Part shown: positions 45,505 through 54,843 of the stretch, piece after piece | Layout: each line of letters opens with the position of its first letter | How positions within the stretch are numbered: position 1 is the stretch's first letter | Assembly (NCBI GenBank): GCA_963766925.1 | Contig: CAVYCI010000003.1 | Location: 879-64,878 of the forward strand | From: an uncultured Alphaproteobacteria bacterium | Lineage (GTDB): Bacteria; Pseudomonadota; Alphaproteobacteria; Rhizobiales; Xanthobacteraceae | DNA length: 64,000 nt | Direction of reading: 5' to 3' | Notes under the pieces: generated by a model | Databases searched by the model: none | What the model was told of the DNA's origin: nothing | The model's input: only the letters and a program-made list of their open reading frames with translations | Program-made: the position numbers and the translations under genes

Positions 45505-46404
45505 ATGCAGAATTTTGATCTCAATTTGCTGACCTCGCTTGACGCGCTGCTTGCGGAGAAGAATGTGACGCGAGCCGCGAGCAAAATGCACGTTACCCAG
45601 TCGACCATGAGCGGCATTCTGCGGCGGCTGCGCGATCAGTTCGACGACGAACTGCTGGTCCGCAACGGACGCCGCTACGACCTGTCGCCGTTCGCGCAGT
45701 CGCTCGCCATTTCGGTTCGTCAAACCATCCTTCAAATCGACTCGACGATTTCCGCAAAGCCGCTGTTCGACCCAAAAAAGGATCGCCGCCAGTTCCGGAT
45801 CATGGCGTCCGACTACAGCACGATGGTGTACCTCGCCGAGGTGTTTCGGCGGGTGGAGAAGCAGGCGCCGCATCTGAGCTACGAGATCGTGCCGATCAAT
45901 TCGCCGCTCGACCAGGTCCGCAGCGGCCTTGTGGACCTGTGCGTCACTGGCAATCCGTTCACGCAGGCCGATGCGAATTCGGACCAGTTGCTGCGCGCCG
46001 ATACGCTGTTCTCGGAGGTCTATTGCTGTGTGGCCGACGAAGCGCATCCGCTGCGCGGCACCGTTGCGCTCGAGCAGCTTTTTGAATTTCCCCATGTCGT
46101 CGCGCAATTCGCCGGCGTGACGATGCAGACCAGCGAAATGAAAACCGGCGCGAGGCGCAACCGCTCCAACCCGATCACCAACGTCTCCTCGTTCAACGTG
46201 ATTCCCGCGCTGGTGCACGGCACGCGGTCGATCGGCATCCTGCCGCGCCGCATGATGGAGGTCGCGCCGCAACGGACCGGATTGCGGATTCTCGACGTGG
46301 CCTTCGAGATGCCGTCATTCACCGAGCATCTGATCTGGCACGCGCGGTTCGCCTATGACCCCGCCTTCTGCTGGCTCCGCAGCATCATGCTGGACGTGGG
46401 CTGA
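45505..46404 (+). CDS. LysR-family transcriptional regulator
   Basis: MQNFDLNLLTSLDALLAEKNVTRAASKMHVTQSTMSGILRRLR HTH with a LysR substrate-binding C-terminus. The ORF track extends to 45430. Confidence 0.85.
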   Translation: MQNFDLNLLTSLDALLAEKNVTRAASKMHVTQSTMSGILRRLRDQFDDELLVRNGRRYDLSPFAQSLAISVRQTILQIDSTISAKPLFDPKKDRRQFRIMASDYSTMVYLAEVFRRVEKQAPHLSYEIVPINSPLDQVRSGLVDLCVTGNPFTQADANSDQLLRADTLFSEVYCCVADEAHPLRGTVALEQLFEFPHVVAQFAGVTMQTSEMKTGARRNRSNPITNVSSFNVIPALVHGTRSIGILPRRMMEVAPQRTGLRILDVAFEMPSFTEHLIWHARFAYDPAFCWLRSIMLDVG

Positions 46405-46427
46405 GAAACCTGACGGCGGACCGAACG

Positions 46428-47213
46428 CTATCTGCTTTGCGGGTGAAGCACGTATCCGGTCCGGTCAAGCGAGGCCGGGCCGAAATAGCCGAAGATCGCG
46501 CGCACCGGGCGTTCCCCGCGGTTCCGAAAGCCGTGCCATTCGTTGCGCGGCGCATACACAACGTCGCCGGGCTTCATCGGCCATTCGTCGCCTTCGACCA
46601 GATGGGAGCCTTCGCCGTCGAACACGCAGAAAAATTCGTCGCCGCGATCGTGCATGTGCAGCAGGTGGGCTGCGTCTTTGACGAACGTACTTTGCCCGAC
46701 CATGAACGATGTTGAGTTTGCTGCTTCGGCGGTGACCAGCCAGCGCGCCGCGACATGCCAGAAACCAAGTTCGGGCTTGTGCACCGGATGGTTTTCAAGG
46801 TCGTCGAGATGCGTGATCTTCGCCGCGGCCGTCGGCGCAGCGGCCGGCGAAGTCTTGCCGGCCTGCGCCACGTCACCGGGCCCGCCGTGAATCAGCAACA
46901 GCCGCAGGATTTCGTTTCCCGCCTGAAGCCCCACGGACGTTTCTGGCGGCAGGAAGATCACCGAGCCGGTGCGAATGCCGGCAGGCCCATCGCCGGTGCG
47001 AACGGTGCCGTGCCCGTCGAGAACAAACAGCATCTCTTCGTTGCCCGGCTCGGGCGCAACGCTCGCGCTGCCACCCGGACCGATTTCGATCACGCCGACC
47101 TTGCCGAGCGTGGCACCGCCGCGTTCGCTGTCGATCAGCCAGTGCGCCTTGACGGCGCTGCCGCCGATACGGTCAGCGAAGTCCGCCCGCCTGTCGCTCG
47201 AAGCCAGATACAT
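46428..47213 (-). CDS. Bicupin-domain protein
   Basis: Two beta-barrel modules. The second has the metal motif HMHDRGDEFFCVFDGEG...GDVVYAPRNEWHGFRN. The first lacks the His pair (EEMLFVLDGHGTV...GSVIFLPPE). The ATG follows GGAGAAAAGA. Confidence 0.7.
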   Translation of the reverse strand: MYLASSDRRADFADRIGGSAVKAHWLIDSERGGATLGKVGVIEIGPGGSASVAPEPGNEEMLFVLDGHGTVRTGDGPAGIRTGSVIFLPPETSVGLQAGNEILRLLLIHGGPGDVAQAGKTSPAAAPTAAAKITHLDDLENHPVHKPELGFWHVAARWLVTAEAANSTSFMVGQSTFVKDAAHLLHMHDRGDEFFCVFDGEGSHLVEGDEWPMKPGDVVYAPRNEWHGFRNRGERPVRAIFGYFGPASLDRTGYVLHPQSR

Positions 47214-47255
47214 TCTTTTCTCCGTCTCCGTAGAACAGGTGCCGGCTGTGCGCGG

Positions 47256-48045
47256 TCAGACCAGCCTGACGCCGCCATCCACCATGAGATTCTGGCCGGT
47301 GATGTAGTCCGATCGCCCCGACGCAAGGAATGTGGTCGCGCCGACCAGATCTTCCGGCGTCGATACCCGGCGCAGGATCGCCTTGTTCTTCGCAAGCTCC
47401 TCGACCGCGTTCGGCTCCTCGCGGTACCCGGCTTTGATCAGATCCTTGTCCAGTCCGTCCCAGAGCTGCGTTTTCACGAAGCCCGGGCTGAAACAGTTGA
47501 CGGTGATGTTGTGCTTGCCGAGCGCCTCGGCGCCCGCCTGCGACAGCGAGATCACCGCCGCCTTGCTGGCGCAGTAGACCGTTGCGATCTCTTCGCCGAC
47601 CTTTCCCGCGATCGATGCGGTGTTGATGATCTTTCCGGGGCCTTTCTGGGCGATCATCTGTTTGGCCGCCTCCTGCATGCCGATCAGCACGCCGAGGCAG
47701 TTGATCCCGGTGATGCGGTTCCAGTCGGCTTCGCTCGCCTCCATGAAACAGGCCGGCTTTGCTGACGCCGGCATTGTTGAACATGACATCGAGACGGCCA
47801 TACTTCGCAACGGCCGACTTGATCATGGCCGCAACACTGGCGCGGTCCACCACATCGACCTTCACCGCGACAGCTTCGCCACCGTCCTTGCGGATGGCGC
47901 CGGCAACACGCTCCGCTGCGGCGAGATCGATATCGGCGACGACGACGCGCCCGCCCTCGGCTGCGAGGTCGCGCGCAATTGCCTCGCCGATACCGCCGCC
48001 CCCGCCGGTAACGATGATCGATTTTCCTTCGACAAGCTTACTCAT
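47256..48045 (-). pseudogene. Short-chain dehydrogenase/reductase (SDR) with a +1 frameshift at 47758-47760
   Basis: MSKLVEGKSIIVTGGGGGIGEAIA...DVMFNNAGVSK is followed in the next frame by PACFMEASEADWNRITGINCLGV...YCASKAAVISLSQ (YxxxK) ...ITGQNLMVDGGVRLV*. 790 nt = 3n+1. AAA run. Confidence 0.8.
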
Positions 48046-48123
48046 CAATTCTCTCCTGCATATTCCGTATGGGTTTGCCGTTTTATTTGCTGAGTGGTCG
48101 CGGCCTCTGGCCGCGCCACGGAT

Positions 48124-49668
48124 CTAGGCCGCCGGCTTCACGCCCGGCTTTGTGCCGGTGTTCATCGCGGTGACCAGTTCATGTTCGGTGAGGGTTTCGC
48201 CGTCGAGATCCCGGGTGAGGACGCCGTCGACAAATACAACGACGCGATCGGAGACCGCGACGATTTCGCCCGGATCGCTCGAGTAAAACAGCACCACGAT
48301 GCCCGATCGCGCCAGTGCCCGGATAATCCGGTGCATCTCGCGTTTGGCGCCGATATCGATACCGCGGGTGGGATCGTCGAGCACGAGCAACGACGGCGCT
48401 GCCTCGATCCACTTCGCAAACACTACTTTTTGCTGGTTGCCGCCCGACAGTGCGCCGGCTTCGAGCTGTACCGAACCAGCGACCACGCCGAGATCGCGGC
48501 AGCGTTCGATCGCGGCTTTGCGCAGCGCATCCGCGCGCAGCACGATGCCGTCGCGCTTGAGCGTCAGCGCGCGCACACTGACGACGTTTTCAGCAACGCT
48601 TTGCCGGAGCATCAGACCGTAGTGCTTGCGGTCCGCGGGCGTATAGGCGATTCCGGCCTGCACCGCGCCCGCCGTGCTTCCCGGCAGCGGAACGCCGCTC
48701 GGCAGCGTTACCTGTCCCGCTTTCGGCCTCGCGCGCCCGAACAGCACCGCGAACAGTTCCTCGACGCCCGCGCCGGCAAGGCCGGCAACGCCGACGATCG
48801 CCCCGGGTTGAACCTCGAGGTGGTCGACAACGAGATCGGCCGGTCCCCGCAGGCCGGTGATACGCAGCGGGCCAACCTTCACTTTGGGAAAATGACCGGC
48901 CGCTGCGCCGTCATCGCCGGATCGCCGCGCGCGCTCCCCTGCCAACTCAGGCGTCTCGCCCAGCATCGCGGCCACGACCGCCTTGAGCCGGTCGACCCCC
49001 GGTGCGAAATCCGCCTGCACCCGCCTGCCGTTGCGAAGGATCACGAGGTTGTCGGAGATTTCCAAAATCTCCTCGAGGAAGTGGCTGACATAGACGATGC
49101 CGATTCCGGAATCGCACAGGCCGCGAATGATCTCGTGCAGGCGTTCGACCTCGGCGACGTGCAGCGACGAGGTCGGCTCGTCGAGGATGAGGACCCGCGG
49201 ATTTTGCAGCAGCGCCCGCGCGATCTCGACCAGCTGCCGGTCCGCGAGCGAGAGCATATAGAGGGGCGTCCTGAGACTGACATTGACGCCGAGTTTTTCC
49301 AGCACGCCATAGGCCCGGCGCGCGAAAGCGCCGCGGGCGTTCCACTCGCTCGCCGCCGGCGTCAGCAGCAGATTTTCTTCGACGCTGAGCGCCGGGAACA
49401 GACTGAGTTCCTGCGAAACGATTGCGATCCCGACCCGGGACGCCGCGGTGATCGACGTCAGCGCGAGCGGACGGCCGTCGAGCGCCAGTTCACCGGAGTC
49501 CGGAGGCAACGCGCCGGCGATGATCTTCAGCAGCGTCGATTTGCCGGCGCCGTTGGCACCGACCAGGCCGTTGACCTTACCCTCGTCGACATCGAAGCTG
49601 ACGTCGCTCAGGGCCTGCACGGCCCCGAAGCGTTTGCTGATGCCTTTCGCGGCATAAATGACAGACAC
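48124..49668 (-). CDS. Sugar-type (CUT2) ABC transporter ATP-binding protein with duplicated ATPase domains
   Basis: Two ABC cassettes (GANGAGKSTLLKIIAG ... LSLADRQLVEIARAL; second LSGGNQQKVVFAKW ... LVLDDPTRGID). The probable GTG start at 49668 gives MSVIYAAKGISKRFGAVQAL. The ORF track extends to 49758. Confidence 0.85.
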   Translation of the reverse strand: MSVIYAAKGISKRFGAVQALSDVSFDVDEGKVNGLVGANGAGKSTLLKIIAGALPPDSGELALDGRPLALTSITAASRVGIAIVSQELSLFPALSVEENLLLTPAASEWNARGAFARRAYGVLEKLGVNVSLRTPLYMLSLADRQLVEIARALLQNPRVLILDEPTSSLHVAEVERLHEIIRGLCDSGIGIVYVSHFLEEILEISDNLVILRNGRRVQADFAPGVDRLKAVVAAMLGETPELAGERARRSGDDGAAAGHFPKVKVGPLRITGLRGPADLVVDHLEVQPGAIVGVAGLAGAGVEELFAVLFGRARPKAGQVTLPSGVPLPGSTAGAVQAGIAYTPADRKHYGLMLRQSVAENVVSVRALTLKRDGIVLRADALRKAAIERCRDLGVVAGSVQLEAGALSGGNQQKVVFAKWIEAAPSLLVLDDPTRGIDIGAKREMHRIIRALARSGIVVLFYSSDPGEIVAVSDRVVVFVDGVLTRDLDGETLTEHELVTAMNTGTKPGVKPAA

Positions 49669-49761
49669 AGTGCGGTCCGATTCTCTCGTCGAGCGTTGCG
49701 GCAGGCGCCGGCAATATTGCGTGGACGGGTGCCGCTCCGCACGGAGCGGCACCCGCAACGA

Positions 49762-50877
49762 TCATTGCGCCGGATGGGTGTAGAGATCCGGATCCGGCAG
49801 TGTGGCGGGAAGATTGTCCCGCGTGGCCTCGATCTGGGCGCTGTAGAAGGCGCGCAGACCGGTCTCGGGCTTTTCCCAGGCCTTCTGATAGGCCGCGATG
49901 TTGCTCTTATCGACCGTGACGTGAGGCACCTTCACCCAGCCCTGGGGCAACGGCTTCCCCTGCAGCAATGCCTGCGCCCCGATGTACACGGCGAGATACG
50001 ACTGCGAGAAGAAGTTCGCCGGCACCGCCGCCGTTATCAATCCCTTGGCGACGTCGTCGCGGACTTCTTCCGGACTGTCATAGGAAACCAGAGGAACTTT
50101 GACTTTGTCGTTCTCCAGAATCTTTGGAATGTTCTCCTCGCCCTCTTCGCAGGGATCGATATAGGTCAGGGCTTTGGGGGTCTTTCGAATCGCCTGATCC
50201 CACAGCGCGAAATTCCGTTCACGATCGGGCTTGGAATCGAAGCTCGTCAGCACGTTGATCTTCGGCATCTTCTTCTTGAGGTAGGCAACCTCGCCCCCCA
50301 GCCGGTTTTCGAGAACCGTCAGGCCGGGAACGCACACGGCGGTGACGACGTCGCCGCTGATCTCCGCCGCCGGCTTGTTGAGGCTCTTCTCGAGAGCCGA
50401 AACAACGATGGCGCCGCCGGTCTGACCCATGCCGAAGGCATCGGACGCGACGAACAGCGCGTTCTTGATCTCGGGCATCGGGGGCACGTTGATCCACGCG
50501 ACGTTCGCCCCCCTCGCCTGCGCTTCCATTGCGGGCTGGGTAAACAGCGGCGGCGCTACGTTCACGACCACCAGCAGGTCCGGCTTGGTATCGAGCTCGG
50601 CGAGAAACATCTGCGCCTGACGCTGCGGATCGAATGTTGTCGGCCCGGTTACCTTGACTTTGACCTTGCCGCCAAGATCCTTTGCCGCGGCATTCGCGCC
50701 CGCGAGAATTTCAGTGCTCCATTCGCCGGCCGCAAGTGCCAGCACCACGGCGACGTTGACTGTTTCTTTGGGCGCCGCGATGGCGGACGAACCCGTAGCT
50801 GCAACGGCTGCCACCGCGCCCAGCAGCGCAATGCGGGACAGCCGCAGCCCGTAACCCTTCAGTGTTCTGGTTTGCAT
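49762..50877 (-). CDS. Periplasmic substrate-binding protein of the sugar-type ABC transporter
   Basis: Signal peptide LLGAVAAVAATGSSAIAAPKE and a type-1 PBP pattern (VNVAVVLALAAGEWSTEILAGANAAAKDLGGKV). Confidence 0.8.
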   Translation of the reverse strand: MQTRTLKGYGLRLSRIALLGAVAAVAATGSSAIAAPKETVNVAVVLALAAGEWSTEILAGANAAAKDLGGKVKVKVTGPTTFDPQRQAQMFLAELDTKPDLLVVVNVAPPLFTQPAMEAQARGANVAWINVPPMPEIKNALFVASDAFGMGQTGGAIVVSALEKSLNKPAAEISGDVVTAVCVPGLTVLENRLGGEVAYLKKKMPKINVLTSFDSKPDRERNFALWDQAIRKTPKALTYIDPCEEGEENIPKILENDKVKVPLVSYDSPEEVRDDVAKGLITAAVPANFFSQSYLAVYIGAQALLQGKPLPQGWVKVPHVTVDKSNIAAYQKAWEKPETGLRAFYSAQIEATRDNLPATLPDPDLYTHPAQ

Positions 50878-50925
50878 TTCCTCACCTCCTTTGGATTTTC
50901 GTTACTTCGTTGTTGGGCCGTTCAG

Positions 50926-51933
50926 TTATTGCGTGCGGCGGCGCTTCACGACCCGGTCGAGCGCGATCGCTCCGATAATCACGATACCGGTAACGAACTC
51001 GGAGTAATTCAGATTGACGCCGTAGAACACGAGCCCGCTGTCGATCGTGGTGATGATCAGCACGCCAAGCGCTGCGCCGAAGATCGTTCCGGAGCCGCCG
51101 GCGAGCGACGTTCCGCCAATCACGACCGCCGCGATGACCTGGAGCCCGAAACTGCGGCCCGATGACGTATCGACGGCCTTGAAGTAGGCGAGCGTCATGA
51201 TGCCGGACAGCGCGGACAGAAATCCGACCAGCGCGGTCGCGTAGATCCGGATGAGGCCGGTGCGCACGCCGATGAATTCGGCGGCTGCCGGATTCGAGCC
51301 GATCGCGCGGACCGTCGCGCCGAAGCGGGTCCGGGTGAAAACGAAATACAGCACAATCGCGCACACCAGCGCGGTCCAGACCGATGCCGGCAGTCCCCAC
51401 AGGTCGCTGCCGAAAATCTGGAAGAACGGATGCTCCTTTGGCAGGCCGTAGATCGCCTTGCCGTCGGACAGAACCAGATGCAGGCCGAAATAGGCGGACA
51501 GCGTGCCGAGCGACACAATGATGAGCGGAACGCGCAGCAGGCTGGTCAGAACCCCGTTGAGCCCGCCGAGCAGGATGCCGGAGACGAGCGCCAGTCCCAC
51601 GGCAATCCAGGGATCGACGTGATGGAATTTGATCAGCAGCGCGGAAAGACTGCCGGCGACCGCGAAGATGCCGCCGACCGACAGGTCGATCTCGACCATC
51701 GCCACCAGGTAAACCATCCCGAACGCGATGATGCCGACCAGCGCCGACTGGCGCAGGATGGTCTTGACCGATCCGAAACTGAAAAATTCCGGATACGGGA
51801 TGCCGATGGCAAGCAGCATTGCAATAAAGACAACGACAAGCCCGCTGTCTTCGAGCCAGCGCCAGCGCATGAGACGGGCGTCGCGCTTGACTGCGGCGGC
51901 ATCAGGATTGCCGAGGGTATCCGAAGCACTCAT
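50926..51933 (-). CDS. Sugar-type ABC transporter permease (RbsC/AraH family)
   Basis: Multi-TM with a typical family core (GGIDLSVGGIFAVAGSLSALL; GSNPAAAEFIGV). Confidence 0.85.
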   Translation of the reverse strand: MSASDTLGNPDAAAVKRDARLMRWRWLEDSGLVVVFIAMLLAIGIPYPEFFSFGSVKTILRQSALVGIIAFGMVYLVAMVEIDLSVGGIFAVAGSLSALLIKFHHVDPWIAVGLALVSGILLGGLNGVLTSLLRVPLIIVSLGTLSAYFGLHLVLSDGKAIYGLPKEHPFFQIFGSDLWGLPASVWTALVCAIVLYFVFTRTRFGATVRAIGSNPAAAEFIGVRTGLIRIYATALVGFLSALSGIMTLAYFKAVDTSSGRSFGLQVIAAVVIGGTSLAGGSGTIFGAALGVLIITTIDSGLVFYGVNLNYSEFVTGIVIIGAIALDRVVKRRRTQ

Positions 51934-51997
51934 GACGGCATCATGCCCGTACAATTATTGCGTCGCGCGTGGCGACCGTTCTGCCCGCACATTAAGG

Positions 51998-52540
51998 TCA
52001 CTTCGCTGCGCCGGCGGGTTTGGCATTTCCAAACACGGCAGCCGCAGCGACCTGCCAGTCGGGATCCGACAGGTCGATCAGGGTCGGATTGCCCTCGCAC
52101 CACTGGAAGCAGTGCTTCAGCCTGCTGATTTTCCAGCCGTCCGCTGTTCGCCGGAAGGAATTCTCGTACCAGCCATACTGCGTGTAGTGATCGTCGCCGT
52201 GCCGGTTCGGGAACCGGTGGCGCGACACGTGGTAGAAAATGCCGTCGGCCCCGTCGCCGCGAATGTTGATGTGGAAATTTGAATACTGGTGCATCACCAC
52301 CAGTCGCTGAAGGCACGCACTCGCGAACCGCGCCCAGACGGCAGGCGTGGTGATGGCGGGCGGACGGCCCGTCAGATCGAAAAAATCCACCTCGAACGGG
52401 TCGGTCAGCGTCGCCGCGTACATGTCCCAGTCATGCAGATCCAGACCACGGCCGAAACGGAGCATGACGTCGCTGATCTGCTGCCTGTTCCACAACTCGC
52501 GTACGATCTCGTCCGTGGTCGGCTCGATTTTTGAACTCAC
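51998..52540 (-). CDS. NTF2-like (SnoaL_4-type) protein
   Basis: IVRELWNRQQISDVMLRFGRGLDLHDWDMYAATLTDPFEVDF... The GTG at 52540 follows GGGGGAGGGA. The ORF track extends to 52570. Confidence 0.65.
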   Translation of the reverse strand: MSSKIEPTTDEIVRELWNRQQISDVMLRFGRGLDLHDWDMYAATLTDPFEVDFFDLTGRPPAITTPAVWARFASACLQRLVVMHQYSNFHINIRGDGADGIFYHVSRHRFPNRHGDDHYTQYGWYENSFRRTADGWKISRLKHCFQWCEGNPTLIDLSDPDWQVAAAAVFGNAKPAGAAK

Positions 52541-52660
52541 CGCAGGTCCGTCCCTCCCCCACTCCGGCAAAATGCTTTTGTCTGCCGGCCCGTCAGAACG
52601 CCTGCGTTCTGATATTGGCCATCATCGTCTGCACGTTCGGATCGAGATAGATGATCTCGG

Positions 52661-53083
52661 TTACGCTTCCCGGATCGTCGGGCACTCGAAATAGCCGAAT
52701 TTGGTGTCCCCGAAGGTCCCCTGCTGTACCAGACTGTAGCCGCGGGCCCGCAGATCGGACGCCGCGGCATCGTAATCGTCGACCGAATAGCCGAGATGAT
52801 GCACGCCGCCCTGCGGCACGCGATCGAGAAACTCGGAATAGGTGCTCTTGCCGGAGACGTTTTCGATGACCTCGAACTGCATGTCGCCGATATAGCCGAA
52901 CGCCATGCTGTGATTGATCTCGGCGGGGCCGCCCCGATACCAGGCGTTCTCCACCATAATGTTGCGGAGGATCATAAAACGCGGCGCGCCGAGGCGGTTG
53001 TTAAGGTGCGCAAGTCCGGCGTCGAGATTGGGTACAACGTAGCCGATCTGGAAAAGCTTTCCCGGCAGTGGGCGGTCCGGCAT
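52661..53083 (-). CDS. Single-module VOC (glyoxalase/bleomycin-resistance/dioxygenase superfamily) protein
   Basis: LFQIGYVVPNLDAGLAHL...FEVIENVSGKSTYSEFL...GGVHHLGYSVDDYDAAASDLRARGY. Confidence 0.7.
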   Translation of the reverse strand: MPDRPLPGKLFQIGYVVPNLDAGLAHLNNRLGAPRFMILRNIMVENAWYRGGPAEINHSMAFGYIGDMQFEVIENVSGKSTYSEFLDRVPQGGVHHLGYSVDDYDAAASDLRARGYSLVQQGTFGDTKFGYFECPTIREA

Positions 53084-53163
53084 GGGCGTCCTCGCGGTTT
53101 TTGGTTTGGGCAGGCGCGGTCGTGCCACCCGGCGCGGTCAGGCGCCGGGCGCGACGGTTGCCG

Positions 53164-54015
53164 TCAGAGCGGACTTGCATCCCCGTAGATGCGGATGTCG
53201 GCGATCTTGTCGCCGCGGCGGCGCAGCACCGTGCAGAACTTGATGGCAACGAGGGTGTCGTCGAGTCTTGTGTACTGCACGATCGCTTCGGCGACGCCGA
53301 CCTGGCCGTCGTTGATCGACCACGCGCCGACCATGCTGTGCGACAGGCCCTTGATGCTGCCCCACAGATGCCCGATCGCGGCCTTGTAACCGTCCTTGCC
53401 GTGGACGGTCGGATGATTGGCGAAGTTCAGCGTGGTGTCGTCGGTGTGCTGCGCGAGCGTGCGATCCATGTCCATCGCATCAACGGCGCGGTAATAGTCG
53501 TAAATCCACCGCACATCGCCCGCGGCATCTGCCGGATTTTTGGGCGGCAGATGTTCACGGCCTTTTTCGTCCACGGTGCGCCGCACCGCGGCCAGCGTCG
53601 AGGCGACTGCGCCCATATAGGCGCCTTCCATCGGCGCGAAGTGTGCCTTCTCGGCGTCGCTGCCTTCCGGAATGCCGTCTTTCTTCAGGCTGAAAGCAAA
53701 CGTAAGTGTGAGGTTTCCCTTGTCGTCTTCGCCGATGATGTTCTCGATCCGACCCAGTTCGGAGCCCTTGATGCGTTCGAAAATCACCCGCTGTTCCGGC
53801 TCGAAAGTGACTTTCTCGCGGAGCGGCACGTCCTTGAGCATGATGTCGCGGATCAGCCATCCGTCGCCCTGCTCGATGACGTTGCACTGCTTCATTTCCG
53901 GCACATAAGGCAAAGCGTTGTTTGCCTTCATCAGCAGGCCGGTCCAGACGTCGTGCCTGCTCAGGAACGATTTCTTCGGCTCGTTGACGGGAACCGTTCT
54001 GCTCAGCTGATACAT
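53164..54015 (-). CDS. Fusion protein: N-terminal DUF1857 (SRPBCC-like, AtaL-type) domain plus C-terminal NTF2/SnoaL-like domain
   Basis: N-terminus: VPVNEP...LSRHDVWTGLLMKANNALPYVPEMKQCNVIEQGDGWLIRDIMLKDVPLREKVTFEPEQRVIFER. C-terminus: IYDYYRAVDAMDMDRTLAQHTDDTTLNFANHPTVHGKDGY...IADIRIYGDASPL. Confidence 0.55.
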   Translation of the reverse strand: MYQLSRTVPVNEPKKSFLSRHDVWTGLLMKANNALPYVPEMKQCNVIEQGDGWLIRDIMLKDVPLREKVTFEPEQRVIFERIKGSELGRIENIIGEDDKGNLTLTFAFSLKKDGIPEGSDAEKAHFAPMEGAYMGAVASTLAAVRRTVDEKGREHLPPKNPADAAGDVRWIYDYYRAVDAMDMDRTLAQHTDDTTLNFANHPTVHGKDGYKAAIGHLWGSIKGLSHSMVGAWSINDGQVGVAEAIVQYTRLDDTLVAIKFCTVLRRRGDKIADIRIYGDASPL

Positions 54016-54169
54016 GGCGCTCTCCCCTGTCGCGACAAACGGAGCTTCTGCAACCTTTTGGCGAGGTTTGCGCTCCGACTGTCCAATCTAAATGTTATTT
54101 TCCAAAGTTTTTAATTTGTGGATATCGCTTAGTCAAGGTGCGCCGCATTTTCCGCAGCGCACGCGCGCC

Positions 54170-54843
54170 TCAACCGCGCTTGAAAACCAGCCGCGGCGTC
54201 CGCGCCAAAACCGAAATCACCTGCTTGGCGGTGGCCTCATAATGTTTTTCCAGCGCCCGCACGGCGGCCTTCACGTCCCGCGACAGCGCGGCATCAAATA
54301 TTTGCCTGTGTTCGCGGACGGTGTCGCGCTTGAGCTTTTTTGCGGCGCGAATTTCACCCGCAGCATGCGGTGCCGTTCGGCCTGATCGAACAGAAGCGCG
54401 GCAAGCTCCATCTGCCAGCGGGAGCCGCAGGCTGAAATCAGCGCCAGATGAAACTGACGATGATGCACCGCCCAGCCTTCGGTGGCGGAGCCTGTTTCCC
54501 TGGGGATCGGATTGCGCGAGAGCGTGTGAAATGCCGCAACGACCGCGGTTTCCCACGCGATATCGCCGTTTTCGATCGACCGTGCCAGCGCGTCGCGCTC
54601 CAGCACGATGCGGGTGCGCATGGTATCTTCGACGTCATAGGCGGTGAGCGGCGCCACCCGAAATCCGCGCTGCCCGACCGACGTGACAAGACGTTCCGAG
54701 GCAAGCCGCGTCAGCGCCTCGCGCAACGGACTGATGCCTACATTATAATGAGCGCGCAATTCGTCGGAGCGAAGCGGCGCGCCGGGTGCAAAACGGCCCC
54801 AGAGCACATCCTGCCGGAGCCGGCGGTAGATCGAACTCGGCAA
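54170..54843 (-). pseudogene. GntR-family regulator (FadR/FCD subfamily) with a net -1 frameshift near 54350-54375
   Basis: wHTH IYRRLRQDVLWGRFAPGAPLRSDELRAHYNVGISPLREALTRLASERLV followed by an FCD domain. The C-terminal helices AAKKLKRDTVREHRQIFDAALSRDVKAAVRALEKHYEATAKQV are in another frame. 674 nt = 3n+2. The N-terminal start is also uncertain: TTG 54843, with an out-of-frame ATG at 54907. Confidence 0.7.

Noticed and set aside
48094-51165. 1023-aa plus-strand ORF, the longest in the track
   Set aside because: It runs antisense across three separate, well-supported ABC transporter genes. Composition is Arg/Asp/Gly-rich with no recognisable motif.
54130-54165. GTGCGCTGC/GCGGCGCAC stem downstream of the FadR-type GntR gene, considered as a terminator
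   Set aside because: The stem is acceptable, but no U-tract follows on the relevant strand.
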